From positions 49,219 through 113,218 of the forward strand of contig UQYT01000001.1 of assembly GCA_900545405.1 (NCBI GenBank): DNA of 64,000 bases, written 5' to 3'. The DNA is from an uncultured Eubacteriales bacterium (GTDB lineage Bacteria; Bacillota; Clostridia; Oscillospirales; Oscillospiraceae). This document shows, in pieces, positions 52,534 through 62,281 of the stretch (the stretch's first letter is position 1; the number at the start of each line of letters is the position of its first letter). The notes below the pieces were generated by a model that was not told the origin of the DNA, searched no databases, and saw nothing but the letters and a program-made list of their open reading frames with translations. Both the position numbers and the translations under genes were made by a program.

Positions 52534-53313
52534 ATGGGCTTTGATTTTACTGCAAAAGTAGACCCAAATGCGTCCAGAGCGATATACCTCCAGCTTCAAG
52601 ACATAATAGAAGACCAAATCAACACAAGAAAGCTGCGCCACGGTGAAATGCTGCCATCAGAAAATGAACTGTGCGACGCATATCATGTGAGCCGCACCAC
52701 GGTCAGGCAAGCATTCCATGAATTAGAGCAACAGGGAATGATCGTTCGCAAACAGGGCTTGGGCACTTTTGTGGCCGAGCAAAAGGTTGCACGCAGCCTT
52801 GGCAACCTATACAGCTTTACTGAGGATATGAAAAAAATCGGTATGACACCATCGTCAAAGATCCTCAGTTACAGGCTGGTGCGAAAAGATGAGTGCTCGT
52901 CTCCGTTGCAAAGGTTTAAGTCAGAGCGTCTGATAGAGGTCGTCAGGCTGAGGCTGGCCAATGACACCCCGCTGTTGCTGGAAAAGACGTTCCTATCCGT
53001 AGACCTCTGTCCAGATCTATCCTGGGAGAGGCTTGAGAATAATGCGCTTTATTCCATTCTGTCGGAGCATTACGGCCTGAAACCACGCCGGGCAGTTGAG
53101 ACTTACGAGGCAATTATCATGACAGAGGAGGAAAGCAAGCTGCTCGACTGCGATAAGGGGCTGCCTGCTTTCCTGCTGAAGCGCTCCACCTGGGACCAGA
53201 ATGAGGTCATGATAGAATACACTACTTCGATTATGCCAAGCACCAGGTCAATGTTTGAAATAAATATGTACGAGGATAATGTGAAGATTTCTAGAAAAAG
53301 CACTATGCACTAA
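52534..53313 (+). CDS. GntR-family transcriptional regulator, HutC subfamily (UTRA effector domain).
   Basis: HTH LPSENELCDAYHVSRTTVRQAFHELEQQGMIVRKQGLGTFV and a C-terminal UTRA-like domain. Confidence 0.85.
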   Translation: MGFDFTAKVDPNASRAIYLQLQDIIEDQINTRKLRHGEMLPSENELCDAYHVSRTTVRQAFHELEQQGMIVRKQGLGTFVAEQKVARSLGNLYSFTEDMKKIGMTPSSKILSYRLVRKDECSSPLQRFKSERLIEVVRLRLANDTPLLLEKTFLSVDLCPDLSWERLENNALYSILSEHYGLKPRRAVETYEAIIMTEEESKLLDCDKGLPAFLLKRSTWDQNEVMIEYTTSIMPSTRSMFEINMYEDNVKISRKSTMH

Positions 53314-53340
53314 CTGGAACTAAACTGAAGGAGGAGGGGC

Positions 53341-55083
53341 ATGAGGACAAAATCTTTTCACAAAAAACTTACGGTTTCTTATATCTACCTCCTCATTGCG
53401 GTTGCAGTTATAATGCTTTTGGGCCTTGTGCTCACCGTGTGGATCAGTGTGCTGCCCAGTATGAGAATTACCATGCAGAGCAAAGTGAATGAGCTTGGGA
53501 ACCGTCTGGATGAAGAGTGCTCTTACCTCATGACCGCCATTGACTCAGCTTTTTTAAACATCAACAGCATTGACAGCACAATCCTGTTTTCAAGCGATAC
53601 GGATAATCTGAAAAAGTATAATGCTATCAATAATCATCTCTATTTGACAAGGCAGATGTATGATGGCGTAGATATGTTTTTCCTATTCGATACAGAAGGA
53701 AAAGTGTATGCCGACAGCTCCATTCTTGAGGCTGAACTGAGTTCCAGCTTCGATACGTCTTTGCATGAAGTTCTCGAGTCTGAGCATGGCAGAACCTATA
53801 GTTTTGGGCTGTATGATCCATCTGATGAAGACGGCTTGGATCCGGTTATACTCGTTGGAAAAATGCTCAGATACATTGACGACATACAAAAAATAGGTTA
53901 TCTTTATGCAATCGCAGATGACAGTGTGTTAGACAAGCTTTATGAGGAGCAAATGATCTCTGAGGGACAGAGAATCTATTTGCTCGACTCCGAGGGTGTA
54001 GTTCTGTCGTCCACGGAAAAAGATGAACTGGGTACCGTTCTTGATATCTCGGGAGATGGAACCCGTGTTCTTACTGTAGCTGATGGCGGCCTGTGGCTTC
54101 GACAGCAAAAATATGTGCCTTCTCTGCATGCAGAGCTGATACTGCTGATCCCTGCGCTAGAACTTTATAAGAGCAGCGGAATATCAGTGATCGTCGTTTT
54201 GGCAGCCCTCCTCTTCGGACTGGCCTTTGCAATCTACCAGGCAGGGATTATAACAAAAAGGACACTCTCTCCCCTGACGGCCCTCACAAATACAGCGAAC
54301 GAAATAGCCGATGGAAATATGCAGGTCCGTTGCGAGGAAAGCTCTGAGAGCACAGAAATAGCCGTCCTGTCAAAGAGCTTCAACAGTATGCTTGACAGAA
54401 TAGAGCAGCTCATTGCAAGCCTTGATGCGGTACACAAAGAGAAGCTCAGGACAGAGCTTGCGGTGCAGCAGAACAAAATCCAGCCGCACTTTCTCTATAA
54501 TGTTTTGAACACTATAAGTGCTCTGTGCCAGCTTGAAGATAATGAGGATGCCTGCCGTATTTCTCATATGACCGCCGAATACTACCGTAGTGTTTTGAGT
54601 GATGGGCAGGATATCGTGACGATTGGGCAGGAACTTGAGCATGTGCAGCTTTACTTCGAAATAGCCTCACACAGCCGCAGTGACGCTATTGTCTTTTCTC
54701 TTCAGTGCGACCCTGAAGCAGTCATTCTGCCCATACCTAAGATGACAATACAGCCTTTGGTTGAAAATGCGGTTAAGCACGCATTTCTCAGCCCACGAGG
54801 CAATACCATTGACATCTCTATATCCGTAAGTAGGAAGAGCCAGGTCAGAATTTGCGTCAAAGACAATGGCATAGGGATGAATCTCAGCAGTTTTGACGAC
54901 ATCATTTCCGGCAGGTGTGAAGGCCACTTTGGGCTTTATAGTGTCAAACGTTGCCTGGAGCTTGTGTGCGGCAAGGATTATTCTTTCAGTGCCGAGAGCG
55001 AACCAGGCAAAGGAACTGCAATCATCATTGAGTATGATGCAGGTAATATTTCAAAAGATACGGGAGCCGGCAGTCCTACATAA
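53341..55083 (+). CDS. Sensor histidine kinase, YesM-type (two TM segments flanking an extracellular sensor, HAMP, His_kinase, HATPase_c).
   Basis: H-box QPHFLYNVLNTIS; N/G-boxes NAVKHA, DNGIGM and GLYSV. Confidence 0.85.
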   Translation: MRTKSFHKKLTVSYIYLLIAVAVIMLLGLVLTVWISVLPSMRITMQSKVNELGNRLDEECSYLMTAIDSAFLNINSIDSTILFSSDTDNLKKYNAINNHLYLTRQMYDGVDMFFLFDTEGKVYADSSILEAELSSSFDTSLHEVLESEHGRTYSFGLYDPSDEDGLDPVILVGKMLRYIDDIQKIGYLYAIADDSVLDKLYEEQMISEGQRIYLLDSEGVVLSSTEKDELGTVLDISGDGTRVLTVADGGLWLRQQKYVPSLHAELILLIPALELYKSSGISVIVVLAALLFGLAFAIYQAGIITKRTLSPLTALTNTANEIADGNMQVRCEESSESTEIAVLSKSFNSMLDRIEQLIASLDAVHKEKLRTELAVQQNKIQPHFLYNVLNTISALCQLEDNEDACRISHMTAEYYRSVLSDGQDIVTIGQELEHVQLYFEIASHSRSDAIVFSLQCDPEAVILPIPKMTIQPLVENAVKHAFLSPRGNTIDISISVSRKSQVRICVKDNGIGMNLSSFDDIISGRCEGHFGLYSVKRCLELVCGKDYSFSAESEPGKGTAIIIEYDAGNISKDTGAGSPT

Positions 55084-55112
55084 TCATATCAGCGGTCAGG
55101 CGGTGTTAACAT

Positions 55113-56234
55113 ATGCTGAAAGCTCTCATAGCGGACGATGATGAGATATTTGCTAAATATGTAAGGAAATGCGTTGACTGGGAGAGCCAGTGTACAGAGC
55201 TGCTTGGACGCGCAAGGAATGGCAGAGAGGCCATAAAAATGATCTCCGACATAAATCCCGATATAGTTATAATGGATGTCGAGATGCCCGAGATGAGCGG
55301 CCTGGAATGCATAGAGCAGATCCGCACAAGCTGCAGCCAGTGCCAAATCATACTCGTAACCGGCCATGACAAGTTTAAATACGCCCAACTGGGTGCTAGA
55401 TTCGGTATAACAGATATTTTACTCAAGCCGGTCGCCAAGACCAGCCTCGACATGGCTCTGCAGCGCACAGTAAATGAGTACTGGATGAACCGCCTATCTC
55501 AGCTGGCAGCCCGAAACCTCATGGATACATCTTATGTCGTCGATATATCTGCTGTTATGCAGGAGGATGCGCCTGAACAGACTGTTCTTGGACTGAGCAA
55601 GAAGTTGAGGTCGAGGCTAAACAACAACTCCCTTGACGATATACACGATATAATAATGCAATATGTGCATTGCATTGAAAACCACGGTATATCACAGGGA
55701 AGGAATATCTGGCTTTATTCCTTCGTGGCTCTGGTGTGTCTGGACAAGCTCCAGAGTATGGGTGGTGAAATGGTACCTCCTTTTGACAATAAACTCAATC
55801 TTCTCAGCCTAGTGCGGGACGGGATGCTCAAGGGTGAAGTAGCAAATGTGCTTCTTGACTTATGCGTCAAAGCGGGTAGAGCTTCAAAAGCTCCGTCAAA
55901 GGGCCGACAGACGGCTGATGAAATTTACGGCTTAATAATGGAAAATTACCACGACCCTCATTTCAGTGTGGTTGATCTTGCTAACATGATGCATTTTCAT
56001 GAGGGGTATGTACGCAGGGTTTTCAAAGAGGCATTTGGCAAGTCGCCGAACGCAGCACTCAAGGATATACGCATGGCGGAAGCGAAGAGACTGCTGACTG
56101 AAGGGCAGCTGCAAATACAACAGGTATCTCGTCAGGTTGGCTTTGACGATGCTTCATACTTCAGCAAGTGCTTCAAGAGTTATTTCGGCTATTCTCCATC
56201 TGAAATTTTCTATAGAACCAATACAGAAGAATAA
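55113..56234 (+). CDS. Response regulator with an AraC-type HTH output domain (YesN-like).
   Basis: Receiver ALIADDDE, IMDVEMPEMSG. C-terminal AraC HTH. Confidence 0.85.
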   Translation: MLKALIADDDEIFAKYVRKCVDWESQCTELLGRARNGREAIKMISDINPDIVIMDVEMPEMSGLECIEQIRTSCSQCQIILVTGHDKFKYAQLGARFGITDILLKPVAKTSLDMALQRTVNEYWMNRLSQLAARNLMDTSYVVDISAVMQEDAPEQTVLGLSKKLRSRLNNNSLDDIHDIIMQYVHCIENHGISQGRNIWLYSFVALVCLDKLQSMGGEMVPPFDNKLNLLSLVRDGMLKGEVANVLLDLCVKAGRASKAPSKGRQTADEIYGLIMENYHDPHFSVVDLANMMHFHEGYVRRVFKEAFGKSPNAALKDIRMAEAKRLLTEGQLQIQQVSRQVGFDDASYFSKCFKSYFGYSPSEIFYRTNTEE

Positions 56235-56236
56235 GT

Positions 56237-56277
56237 AAACGTCCGAAGATCTATTACGGTCTGCGGACGTTTTAATT
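56237..56277 (+). terminator. Terminator candidate after the response regulator gene. Stem AAACGTCCG ... CGGACGTTT.
   Basis: Inverted repeat with a long loop, followed by TTAATTT. Confidence 0.4.
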
Positions 56278-56284
56278 TATCCTA

Positions 56285-56322
56285 TTGACATTTAGCACAC
56301 TACTAGTTATTATTCAGTAGTG
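56285..56322 (+). promoter_or_regulatory. PadR promoter with an overlapping operator. -35 TTGACA, 17-nt spacer, -10 TATTAT, all embedded in the inverted repeat CACTACT-N11-AGTAGTG.
   Basis: Read from the sequence. The palindrome arms flank the -10 hexamer, the classic arrangement for PadR autorepression. Confidence 0.45.
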
Positions 56323-56344
56323 CTTGACAGAAAGGAGTGACTCT

Positions 56345-56674
56345 GTGAACTCTCAATATAAGAAGGGCGTGCTGGAGCTTTGTGTGCTCTCGCTGCTCAA
56401 GAAGCGGGACTGCTACGGCTACGAGATCTCGGAATACCTCTCCCTGCACATAGACATTGCGGACGGCACGGTCTACCCCATCTTGCGCAAGCTGAAGGCG
56501 GACGGGCTGCTGACGACCTATTTGCAGGAGGAGAGCGGCGGGCCGCCGAGGAAGTATTACAAGCTGACTTCCCTCGGCGCGGAGGCATACGCGCGGGACA
56601 GGGCCGAGTACCTGACCTTTGCGCGCACGGTGCTGCAACTTTTGGAGGAGGATGACTCAAATGACCAAAACTGA
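56345..56674 (+). CDS. PadR-family transcriptional regulator.
   Basis: Winged HTH GVLELCVLSLLKKRDCYGYEISEYL...GTVYPILRKLKADGLLT. GTG start with an AAAGGAG RBS. Confidence 0.85.
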   Translation: MNSQYKKGVLELCVLSLLKKRDCYGYEISEYLSLHIDIADGTVYPILRKLKADGLLTTYLQEESGGPPRKYYKLTSLGAEAYARDRAEYLTFARTVLQLLEEDDSNDQN

Positions 56675-57395
56675 ATTTCTCACGCGCCTCGGCGCGGAGC
56701 TCAAGGCCCGTAAAGTGGCCGATATGGACGACATACTGGGCGAATACAGCCGCCACTTCGACTACAAGCTGGCCGACGGCTACTCTGAGTAGGAGATCGC
56801 CGCACGCCTGGGCAGTCCCGAGGAGCTGGCCGCTCAGTTCGAGTCCGAGGCCCCGGAAAAGAGCGAAAAGCACGGCGGAGGAGCAAGGTCCGCCGTGACC
56901 TGGACCGGTCTGGTGTTTCTGGACATCTTTGTGCTGAGCTTTTTCCTGCTGTTTGCTTGCTGGGTGCTCGTTGTGGCGTGCGCCGCCGTGTCATCGGGGC
57001 TCATCGCGCTCTGCCTGCTCATACCCTTTGACATGCAGCCGTATGTGAGTCTGCCCGAGATGCCCTACTGGTGCGGCGCGGTCTACGCGCTGGCACTGGC
57101 GGCGCTTGCCGTGCTCGCCGCGGTGGGCTGCCGGTACTTTGCCGCGCTGCTGGCGCAGCTCTGGCGGGCGTATTTCCGCTTCCACCGCAACGCCTCCGCC
57201 GCGGCTGCCGGGCGGCCGGTCCTCCCTCCCCTGCCCTGCGTGCCGCAGTTCGCGCCCGAGCGCAAGCGCCGTATGCGCCGCGTTCTGCTCGTGTCGCTCA
57301 TCGCCTTCGTGCTGTTTACCGCCGCTGCGATGGTGACATCTATGCTCACTGCGGGTGCGGTCGAGTACTGGCATGTCTGGGGCTGGTTTATGTGA
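56661..57395 (+). pseudogene. PadR-associated DUF1700/HAAS-type membrane sensor gene, interrupted by an in-frame TAG at 56790-56792.
   Basis: The ATG overlaps the PadR stop. The frame reads MTKTEFLTRLGAELKARKVADMDDILGEYSRHFDYKLADGYSE-TAG-EIAARLGSPEELAAQFESE... and continues without further stops into the track's ORF 56895-57395, which has several TM helices. TAG is used as a genuine stop elsewhere in the window (aspB, lacZ). Confidence 0.55.
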
Positions 57396-57408
57396 GGGGG
57401 CGCTGTGC

Positions 57409-58116
57409 GTGTCGGCACTCAATGTCTTTGGCCTCTGCGTCTTTGCCTCGCTGGTCTGGACGGCGCACGAGCTCTCGAAACGGCCTGAAAACCTGAGAAA
57501 ACGCGCCGTCCGGCGGCTCTCTGCCCTGCTTTTGGGCGTGAATGTCCTCAAATACGCCCTGCCGCCACTCATGGGAGGAGAGCTGGTACTGCCGGTGGAG
57601 TTTTCCGCCGCGGCGTATTTCACGACCCCGGCGATACTGCTCTTCGGGCCGAAGCGCCTGCGCTGCTGGGCGGCGTATGCGGGGCTGCTGGCAGGCTCGG
57701 TGTACTACTCCGCCATGGTCCTGGCCGGGGACGCCATATACGGCGCCTATCCGCCCTCAAGTGTGCTCCTCTCGCTCTTTTGCCACGGCTCTCTGCTCGT
57801 GCTTGGCCTCATTGTGACGGGAACGGAGAGCTTCACGCGGCGGGAGACGGCGCTTTTGCCGCTGGGAGTCGCTGTTGTAGCCGTACGCGCGGCGCTGCTC
57901 CGGCCCTGGTCCGGCGGCGGGACGCTGCTAATATACGAACTGCTCGACGCGCGCATACTGCGCTCGACTCTGCCCGCCGGGAACCTTTCCATTGCGCTGG
58001 GCGTGTACTATTTGACTGTGGGTGTTATGATACTGCTGTCGGCGCGGCTTTACCTTGCAGTGAACCGTGCGAGCCTCAGGCGCGGCGAGGAACATTTGAA
58101 GGTCGTGCCCGTCTAA
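57409..58116 (+). CDS. Polytopic membrane protein of unknown function (7-8 TM segments).
   Basis: Hydrophobic segments throughout. The start is uncertain: a GTG at about 57409 with a GAGGGGG RBS is proposed. The track's start at 57355 overlaps the preceding gene. Confidence 0.45.
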   Translation: MSALNVFGLCVFASLVWTAHELSKRPENLRKRAVRRLSALLLGVNVLKYALPPLMGGELVLPVEFSAAAYFTTPAILLFGPKRLRCWAAYAGLLAGSVYYSAMVLAGDAIYGAYPPSSVLLSLFCHGSLLVLGLIVTGTESFTRRETALLPLGVAVVAVRAALLRPWSGGGTLLIYELLDARILRSTLPAGNLSIALGVYYLTVGVMILLSARLYLAVNRASLRRGEEHLKVVPV

Positions 58117-58140
58117 GATTCCCGTTGGGAGGGTTGTGCT

Positions 58141-59556
58141 TTGCATTCGATATCTGACCGCCTGCGCGCTTACGGCAAGGTCGAGAGCTGCATCGCGGCC
58201 TGCGGCATACTCGTGCTCGCGGCGCTCTACGTATACTGGTGGACGTCAACGCCAAGGAGCCTTGCCGGGCGCGCGGCGGCGCTTGTGAGCCTTGTGCTCT
58301 TCATATGGGTCTGTCTGCGCTTTGTGCCCGTCTGGGTGGCGGCCTGGCGCGGGAATGAGCTGCCCGCGACACCGGAAGCGGCCAAGGCCGCGCCGGAGTA
58401 TATACGGCTGAAGATATTTCTCTCGCTGCTGGGCTTCTGCATCGGCATGACCCTGCTGGTCTGGCTGCTGCGCTTGCTTGAGGGCAACCACGAGAGCTAC
58501 TATGCCTCTCTGCAGTACTGGACCTACACCGACAGCCACCACTACATCGACATCGCGCGCGACGGCTACATCAGCGAGGCCGACGTTCCCGGGCTCATTG
58601 AGCTTGGGTTGCTTGCCGACGAGAAAGCCGCGATGGACAGGCTGGTGCAGCTGGTATTCCTGCCGGGCTACCCCGCTGCCATAGGGCTGATGTATCTGCT
58701 GGTGCGCAATTACATCCTCGCGGCCTTCCTCGTCTCGGCGCTCTGCTTTGCGGGGGCTGGCTGCGTGCTGTACAGCCTCTTCCGCCTGGACTACGGCCAC
58801 GCGGCGGCGCTCAGGGCGATAAAGCTGCTGTGCGTGCTGCCCGGCTCCTTCTTCTTCGCCTCACCGATGAGCGAGGGCCTGTTCCTGCTCTGCTGCGCGC
58901 TGTGCGTCTATCTCGTCCGGCGCGGTAAATTCGGCCTCGGCTGCCTTGCGGGCGCTTACGCGGCCTTCACGCGCTCGCTGGGGCTCATGCTGTTCGTGCC
59001 TGTGATATTTGAGCTCATAAGCGCGTATCTGCGAGGCGGAAAGCGCAAGAGCGCTCTGCCGCGCTTCCTCTGGGCGCTGCTCATCCCCGCGGGCTTCGGC
59101 GTCTACTGCTACATCAACTACCGCGTCTCGGGGAATCCGTTCAAGTACATGGAGTATCAGTCCGAGCACTGGGGCCAGAACTTCGGCTTCTTCTTCGGCA
59201 CCGCGGCATATCAGCTGGAGAATGCCGTGTCCTATCTGCAAAACGGCCGCAGCTCGGTCTGGGGGCTGTGGATACCGAACCTCATCTGGAGCTTCTTTGC
59301 CCTCATCATCATGATCCCCGGCGCAAAGCGGCTGCGTCCCGGCTATACGGCCTGGTTCATTGCCTATTACGTCATCGCCATCGGCGCGACCTGGCTGCTG
59401 AGCGCGCCGAGGTACCTCATAGCGATGCCCGCCGTCTGCCTCTCCCTCTCGCTTGTGACCGAAAAGCCTGCACGCGAGCGCCTGGCCTTTGCGGTGAGCA
59501 CGCCGCTCTCGCTGCTGTATCTCGTGGCGTTCACGCTTAACTTACAGGTGTGGTAA
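58141..59556 (+). CDS. Large polytopic membrane protein, GT-C-fold glycosyltransferase-like (mannosyl/arabinosyl-transferase-like topology). Function unknown.
   Basis: 471 aa with at least 10 TM segments. Loop motif YIDIARDGY and a composition typical of GT-C/DUF2029-type proteins. Assignment by resemblance only. Confidence 0.5.
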   Translation: MHSISDRLRAYGKVESCIAACGILVLAALYVYWWTSTPRSLAGRAAALVSLVLFIWVCLRFVPVWVAAWRGNELPATPEAAKAAPEYIRLKIFLSLLGFCIGMTLLVWLLRLLEGNHESYYASLQYWTYTDSHHYIDIARDGYISEADVPGLIELGLLADEKAAMDRLVQLVFLPGYPAAIGLMYLLVRNYILAAFLVSALCFAGAGCVLYSLFRLDYGHAAALRAIKLLCVLPGSFFFASPMSEGLFLLCCALCVYLVRRGKFGLGCLAGAYAAFTRSLGLMLFVPVIFELISAYLRGGKRKSALPRFLWALLIPAGFGVYCYINYRVSGNPFKYMEYQSEHWGQNFGFFFGTAAYQLENAVSYLQNGRSSVWGLWIPNLIWSFFALIIMIPGAKRLRPGYTAWFIAYYVIAIGATWLLSAPRYLIAMPAVCLSLSLVTEKPARERLAFAVSTPLSLLYLVAFTLNLQVW

Positions 59557-59561
59557 ACAAC

Positions 59562-59601
59562 AAAAAATACCGGGAAGCAATAGCTTCCCGGTATTTTTTT
59601 G
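59562..59601. terminator. Bidirectional Rho-independent terminator between the convergent membrane protein gene and the oxidoreductase operon.
   Basis: Stem TACCGGGAAGC-aata-GCTTCCCGGTA with an A-run before and T7 after. Confidence 0.7.
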
Positions 59602-59613
59602 CTTAGTTCAAAC

Positions 59614-60168
59614 TCAGCCCTGCTTGGCGGCGTGGCCGATCTCCCAGCCGCGGCGGAAGGCCTTCTCGTTGAGCGGGTTGAGCTCGGGGCGCTTGGCGCC
59701 GAGCTTCTTGAAGGCGGTCTGCAGCACGTTCTCGGCGGGCAGGACCTCGGTGTAGCCGATGATCGCACCGACCATGACGAGGTTCAGGACCTTCGGGTTG
59801 CCCAGCTCGTAGGCGATGGAGCCGGCGTCCACCTTGACGACGTGGACGTCCTTGCGGTCGGGCTCAACCGTGACAACGGAGCTGTTGATGAAGATGGTGC
59901 CGCCGGGGACGACGGCGTCCTTGAACTTGACCATGGAGGGGTCGTTAAGAGCAACGACGTAGTCGGCCTTGGTCACCTTCGGCGCGCCGACGGGGTCGTC
60001 GGAGATGACGACGTAGCAGTTGGCGGTGCCGCCGCGCATCTCAGCGCCGTAGCTCGGGAAGTAGGTGACGTATTTCTCAGTGGTCTCGCAAGCGGTGTAG
60101 CTCAGCAGCTGGCCCATGACCATGACGCCCTGGCCGCCGAATCCGGCTATGATGAAAGATTTCTCCAT
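59614..60168 (-). CDS. 2-oxoacid:ferredoxin oxidoreductase gamma subunit (KorC-like).
   Basis: Motifs IIAGFGGQGV and the gamma-subunit fold. Last gene of a delta-alpha-beta-gamma operon. Confidence 0.85.
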   Translation of the reverse strand: MEKSFIIAGFGGQGVMVMGQLLSYTACETTEKYVTYFPSYGAEMRGGTANCYVVISDDPVGAPKVTKADYVVALNDPSMVKFKDAVVPGGTIFINSSVVTVEPDRKDVHVVKVDAGSIAYELGNPKVLNLVMVGAIIGYTEVLPAENVLQTAFKKLGAKRPELNPLNEKAFRRGWEIGHAAKQG

Positions 60169-60180
60169 GCCTCTACCCCC

Positions 60181-60921
60181 TTACTTCGCGCGGAATTCGC
60201 CGAGCGGGAATTCCTTCATGATGACGTTGTGGACGTGATCGAGCGATTCCACCGGGCTCATGCCCCAGTTGGTCGGGCAGTTGGAGACAAACTCCACGAA
60301 GGAGAAGCCCTTGCCCTCGAGCTGGTACTGGAACGCCTTCTTCACCGCGGCCTTGGCCTTCTTGGCGTTGGGCACGTCGGCGGCGGTCACGCGGGCAATG
60401 TAGGCCGGGGCCTCGAGCTGGCTGAGGATCTCGCACATGTGCAGAGGCGCGCCGTGCTCGTGGATGTCGCGGCCGTAGGGCGTAGTGGTGGTCTTGACGC
60501 CGAGCATGGTGGTCGGGGCCATCTGGCCGCCGGTCATGCCGTAGATGCCGTTGTTGACGAAGATGACGGTGAAGTTCTCGCCGCGGTTGGCAGCGGACAT
60601 CGTCTCGGCCAGGCCGATAGCGGCGAGGTCGCCGTCGCCCTGGTAGGTGAACACCAGCGTCTCCGGACTGCAGCGCTTGAAGGAGCTGGCGATGGCGCAG
60701 GCCCTGCCGTGCGGGGCCGCGATGGTGTCGAAGTCGAAATAGGTAACGGCCAGGCCGCAGCAGCCGACGCCCTGCACATAGCAGGCGTTATCGACCATGC
60801 CCAGCTCGTCGAGCGCCTCGGTGACTATCTTGCAGACGCTCGAGTGCATGCAGCCGGGGCAGAAGCCCGTGACGGCGCCCTCGAAAATTCCGGAGGGCCG
60901 GGAATATACTTTTTCCATCAT
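60181..60921 (-). CDS. 2-oxoacid:ferredoxin oxidoreductase beta subunit (TPP-binding, KorB-like).
   Basis: Motifs CPGCMHS and GDGDLAAIG. Confidence 0.85.
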   Translation of the reverse strand: MMEKVYSRPSGIFEGAVTGFCPGCMHSSVCKIVTEALDELGMVDNACYVQGVGCCGLAVTYFDFDTIAAPHGRACAIASSFKRCSPETLVFTYQGDGDLAAIGLAETMSAANRGENFTVIFVNNGIYGMTGGQMAPTTMLGVKTTTTPYGRDIHEHGAPLHMCEILSQLEAPAYIARVTAADVPNAKKAKAAVKKAFQYQLEGKGFSFVEFVSNCPTNWGMSPVESLDHVHNVIMKEFPLGEFRAK

Positions 60922-60938
60922 TTTATTCTCATGCCTCC

Positions 60939-62021
60939 TTATCTGCCGCAGAGGCCGCGAGCGGCCTCGATGATGGCGCTGCGGTCGAGCACCTCGCCGC
61001 CGGAGGACAGGGCGGTGACAATCTTCGTCCTGCCGCGCACGGCGTTCTCCACGTCCACAGCAAACTGGGCGGGGATGGCCATCTCCGCGCTGACTATGCC
61101 GCGCAGAGCGCTATAATTGAGCTTGTCGTAGGCCACCTCCGGGAAGGGATAGACCTTCTTCGGGCGGATAAGGCCGGCCTTGATGCCCTCGGCACGCAGG
61201 ATGCCGACGGCGGACTTGGCGATACGGCCCGTGATGCCGTAGGCGGTGAGGATGACCTCAGCGTCCTCGGTCATGTAGTCCTCATACTCCACCTCGCTGG
61301 TCTTCCAGCTCTCGTAGAGCTCGGCGTCGCGGCGGTTCATATCCTCCTGGCTTATGCGGGTGTCGAGGCCGGGGCCGCACATGACCTTGTGCTGCGCTCC
61401 GCCCTTTTTGCCGGTGGCGGCCCAGGTCTTGGTGGCGCGGATGGCGGCCACTTCCTCAGGCGTCTTGGCCTCGGGCAGTACCACGGGCTCCATCATGGTG
61501 CCGGTGAAGCCGTCCATGAGCAGCAGCACGGGGTTGGAGTACTTGTCCGCGAGATCGAAGGCTTCCCAGGTCATGTCCACGGCCTCCTGCAGAGTGGAGG
61601 GGGACAGCACGAGCATCTTGAAGCCGCCGTTGCCGCTGGCCTTGGTGGCCTGGGTGTAGTCCTGCTGGGCGGGCTGGATGGTGCCGATGCCGGGGCCGCC
61701 GCGCTGGAAGTTGGCGACGACGACAGGCAGCCTGGCGCCGGCCATCCAGGAGATGGCCTCGCTCTTGAGCGAGATGCCGCAGCTGGAGGAGCTGGTCATG
61801 CTTCTGACGCCGGCAGCAGCGGCGCCGTAAGCCATGTTGGCGGAAGCGACTTCGCTCTCGCCCTGGATGAACACGCCGCCAACCTGAGGCATACGGCGCG
61901 CAAAATACTCGGGGACATCGTTCTGCGGGGTGATGGGATAGCCGGCGAAGAATCGGCAGCCGGCACGCACCGCGGTCTCAGCCACGGCCTCGCAGCCCTT
62001 CATGAAAATCTTCTCAGCCAT
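60939..62021 (-). CDS. 2-oxoacid:ferredoxin oxidoreductase alpha subunit (KorA-like).
   Basis: Motif FFAGYPITPQND; 360 aa. Confidence 0.85.
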   Translation of the reverse strand: MAEKIFMKGCEAVAETAVRAGCRFFAGYPITPQNDVPEYFARRMPQVGGVFIQGESEVASANMAYGAAAAGVRSMTSSSSCGISLKSEAISWMAGARLPVVVANFQRGGPGIGTIQPAQQDYTQATKASGNGGFKMLVLSPSTLQEAVDMTWEAFDLADKYSNPVLLLMDGFTGTMMEPVVLPEAKTPEEVAAIRATKTWAATGKKGGAQHKVMCGPGLDTRISQEDMNRRDAELYESWKTSEVEYEDYMTEDAEVILTAYGITGRIAKSAVGILRAEGIKAGLIRPKKVYPFPEVAYDKLNYSALRGIVSAEMAIPAQFAVDVENAVRGRTKIVTALSSGGEVLDRSAIIEAARGLCGR

Positions 62022-62022
62022 C

Positions 62023-62241
62023 TCACTTCACCTCCCTGTAAACGGTTATCGCCGCGTCCGGACAGATCGTGGCGCACATGGCGCAGCCTATGCAGGCATC
62101 CGGATTCACTGGCACGGCATACTGATAGCCCTTGGAGTTGACCGCGTCAGTAGTGCCCAGAACCTTCTGCGGGCAGGTGATGATGCAGTAGCGGCAGCTC
62201 TTGCAGGCTTCGGTATAGATCTCTACTTTGCCTTTGGCCAT
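62023..62241 (-). CDS. 4Fe-4S ferredoxin (delta subunit) of the second oxidoreductase operon.
   Basis: Sequence MAKGKVEIYTEACKSCRYCIITCP...CIGCAMCATICP carries two cluster motifs. The track's ORF (62023-62529) carries a spurious N-terminal extension. Confidence 0.75.
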   Translation of the reverse strand: MAKGKVEIYTEACKSCRYCIITCPQKVLGTTDAVNSKGYQYAVPVNPDACIGCAMCATICPDAAITVYREVK

Positions 62242-62281
62242 TACGTTTACCACTCCTTTTTTCTGATATTCGCTAAAAGAG

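Noticed and set aside
59599-61116. 505-aa plus-strand ORF antisense to the second oxidoreductase operon.
   Set aside because: Antisense artefact.
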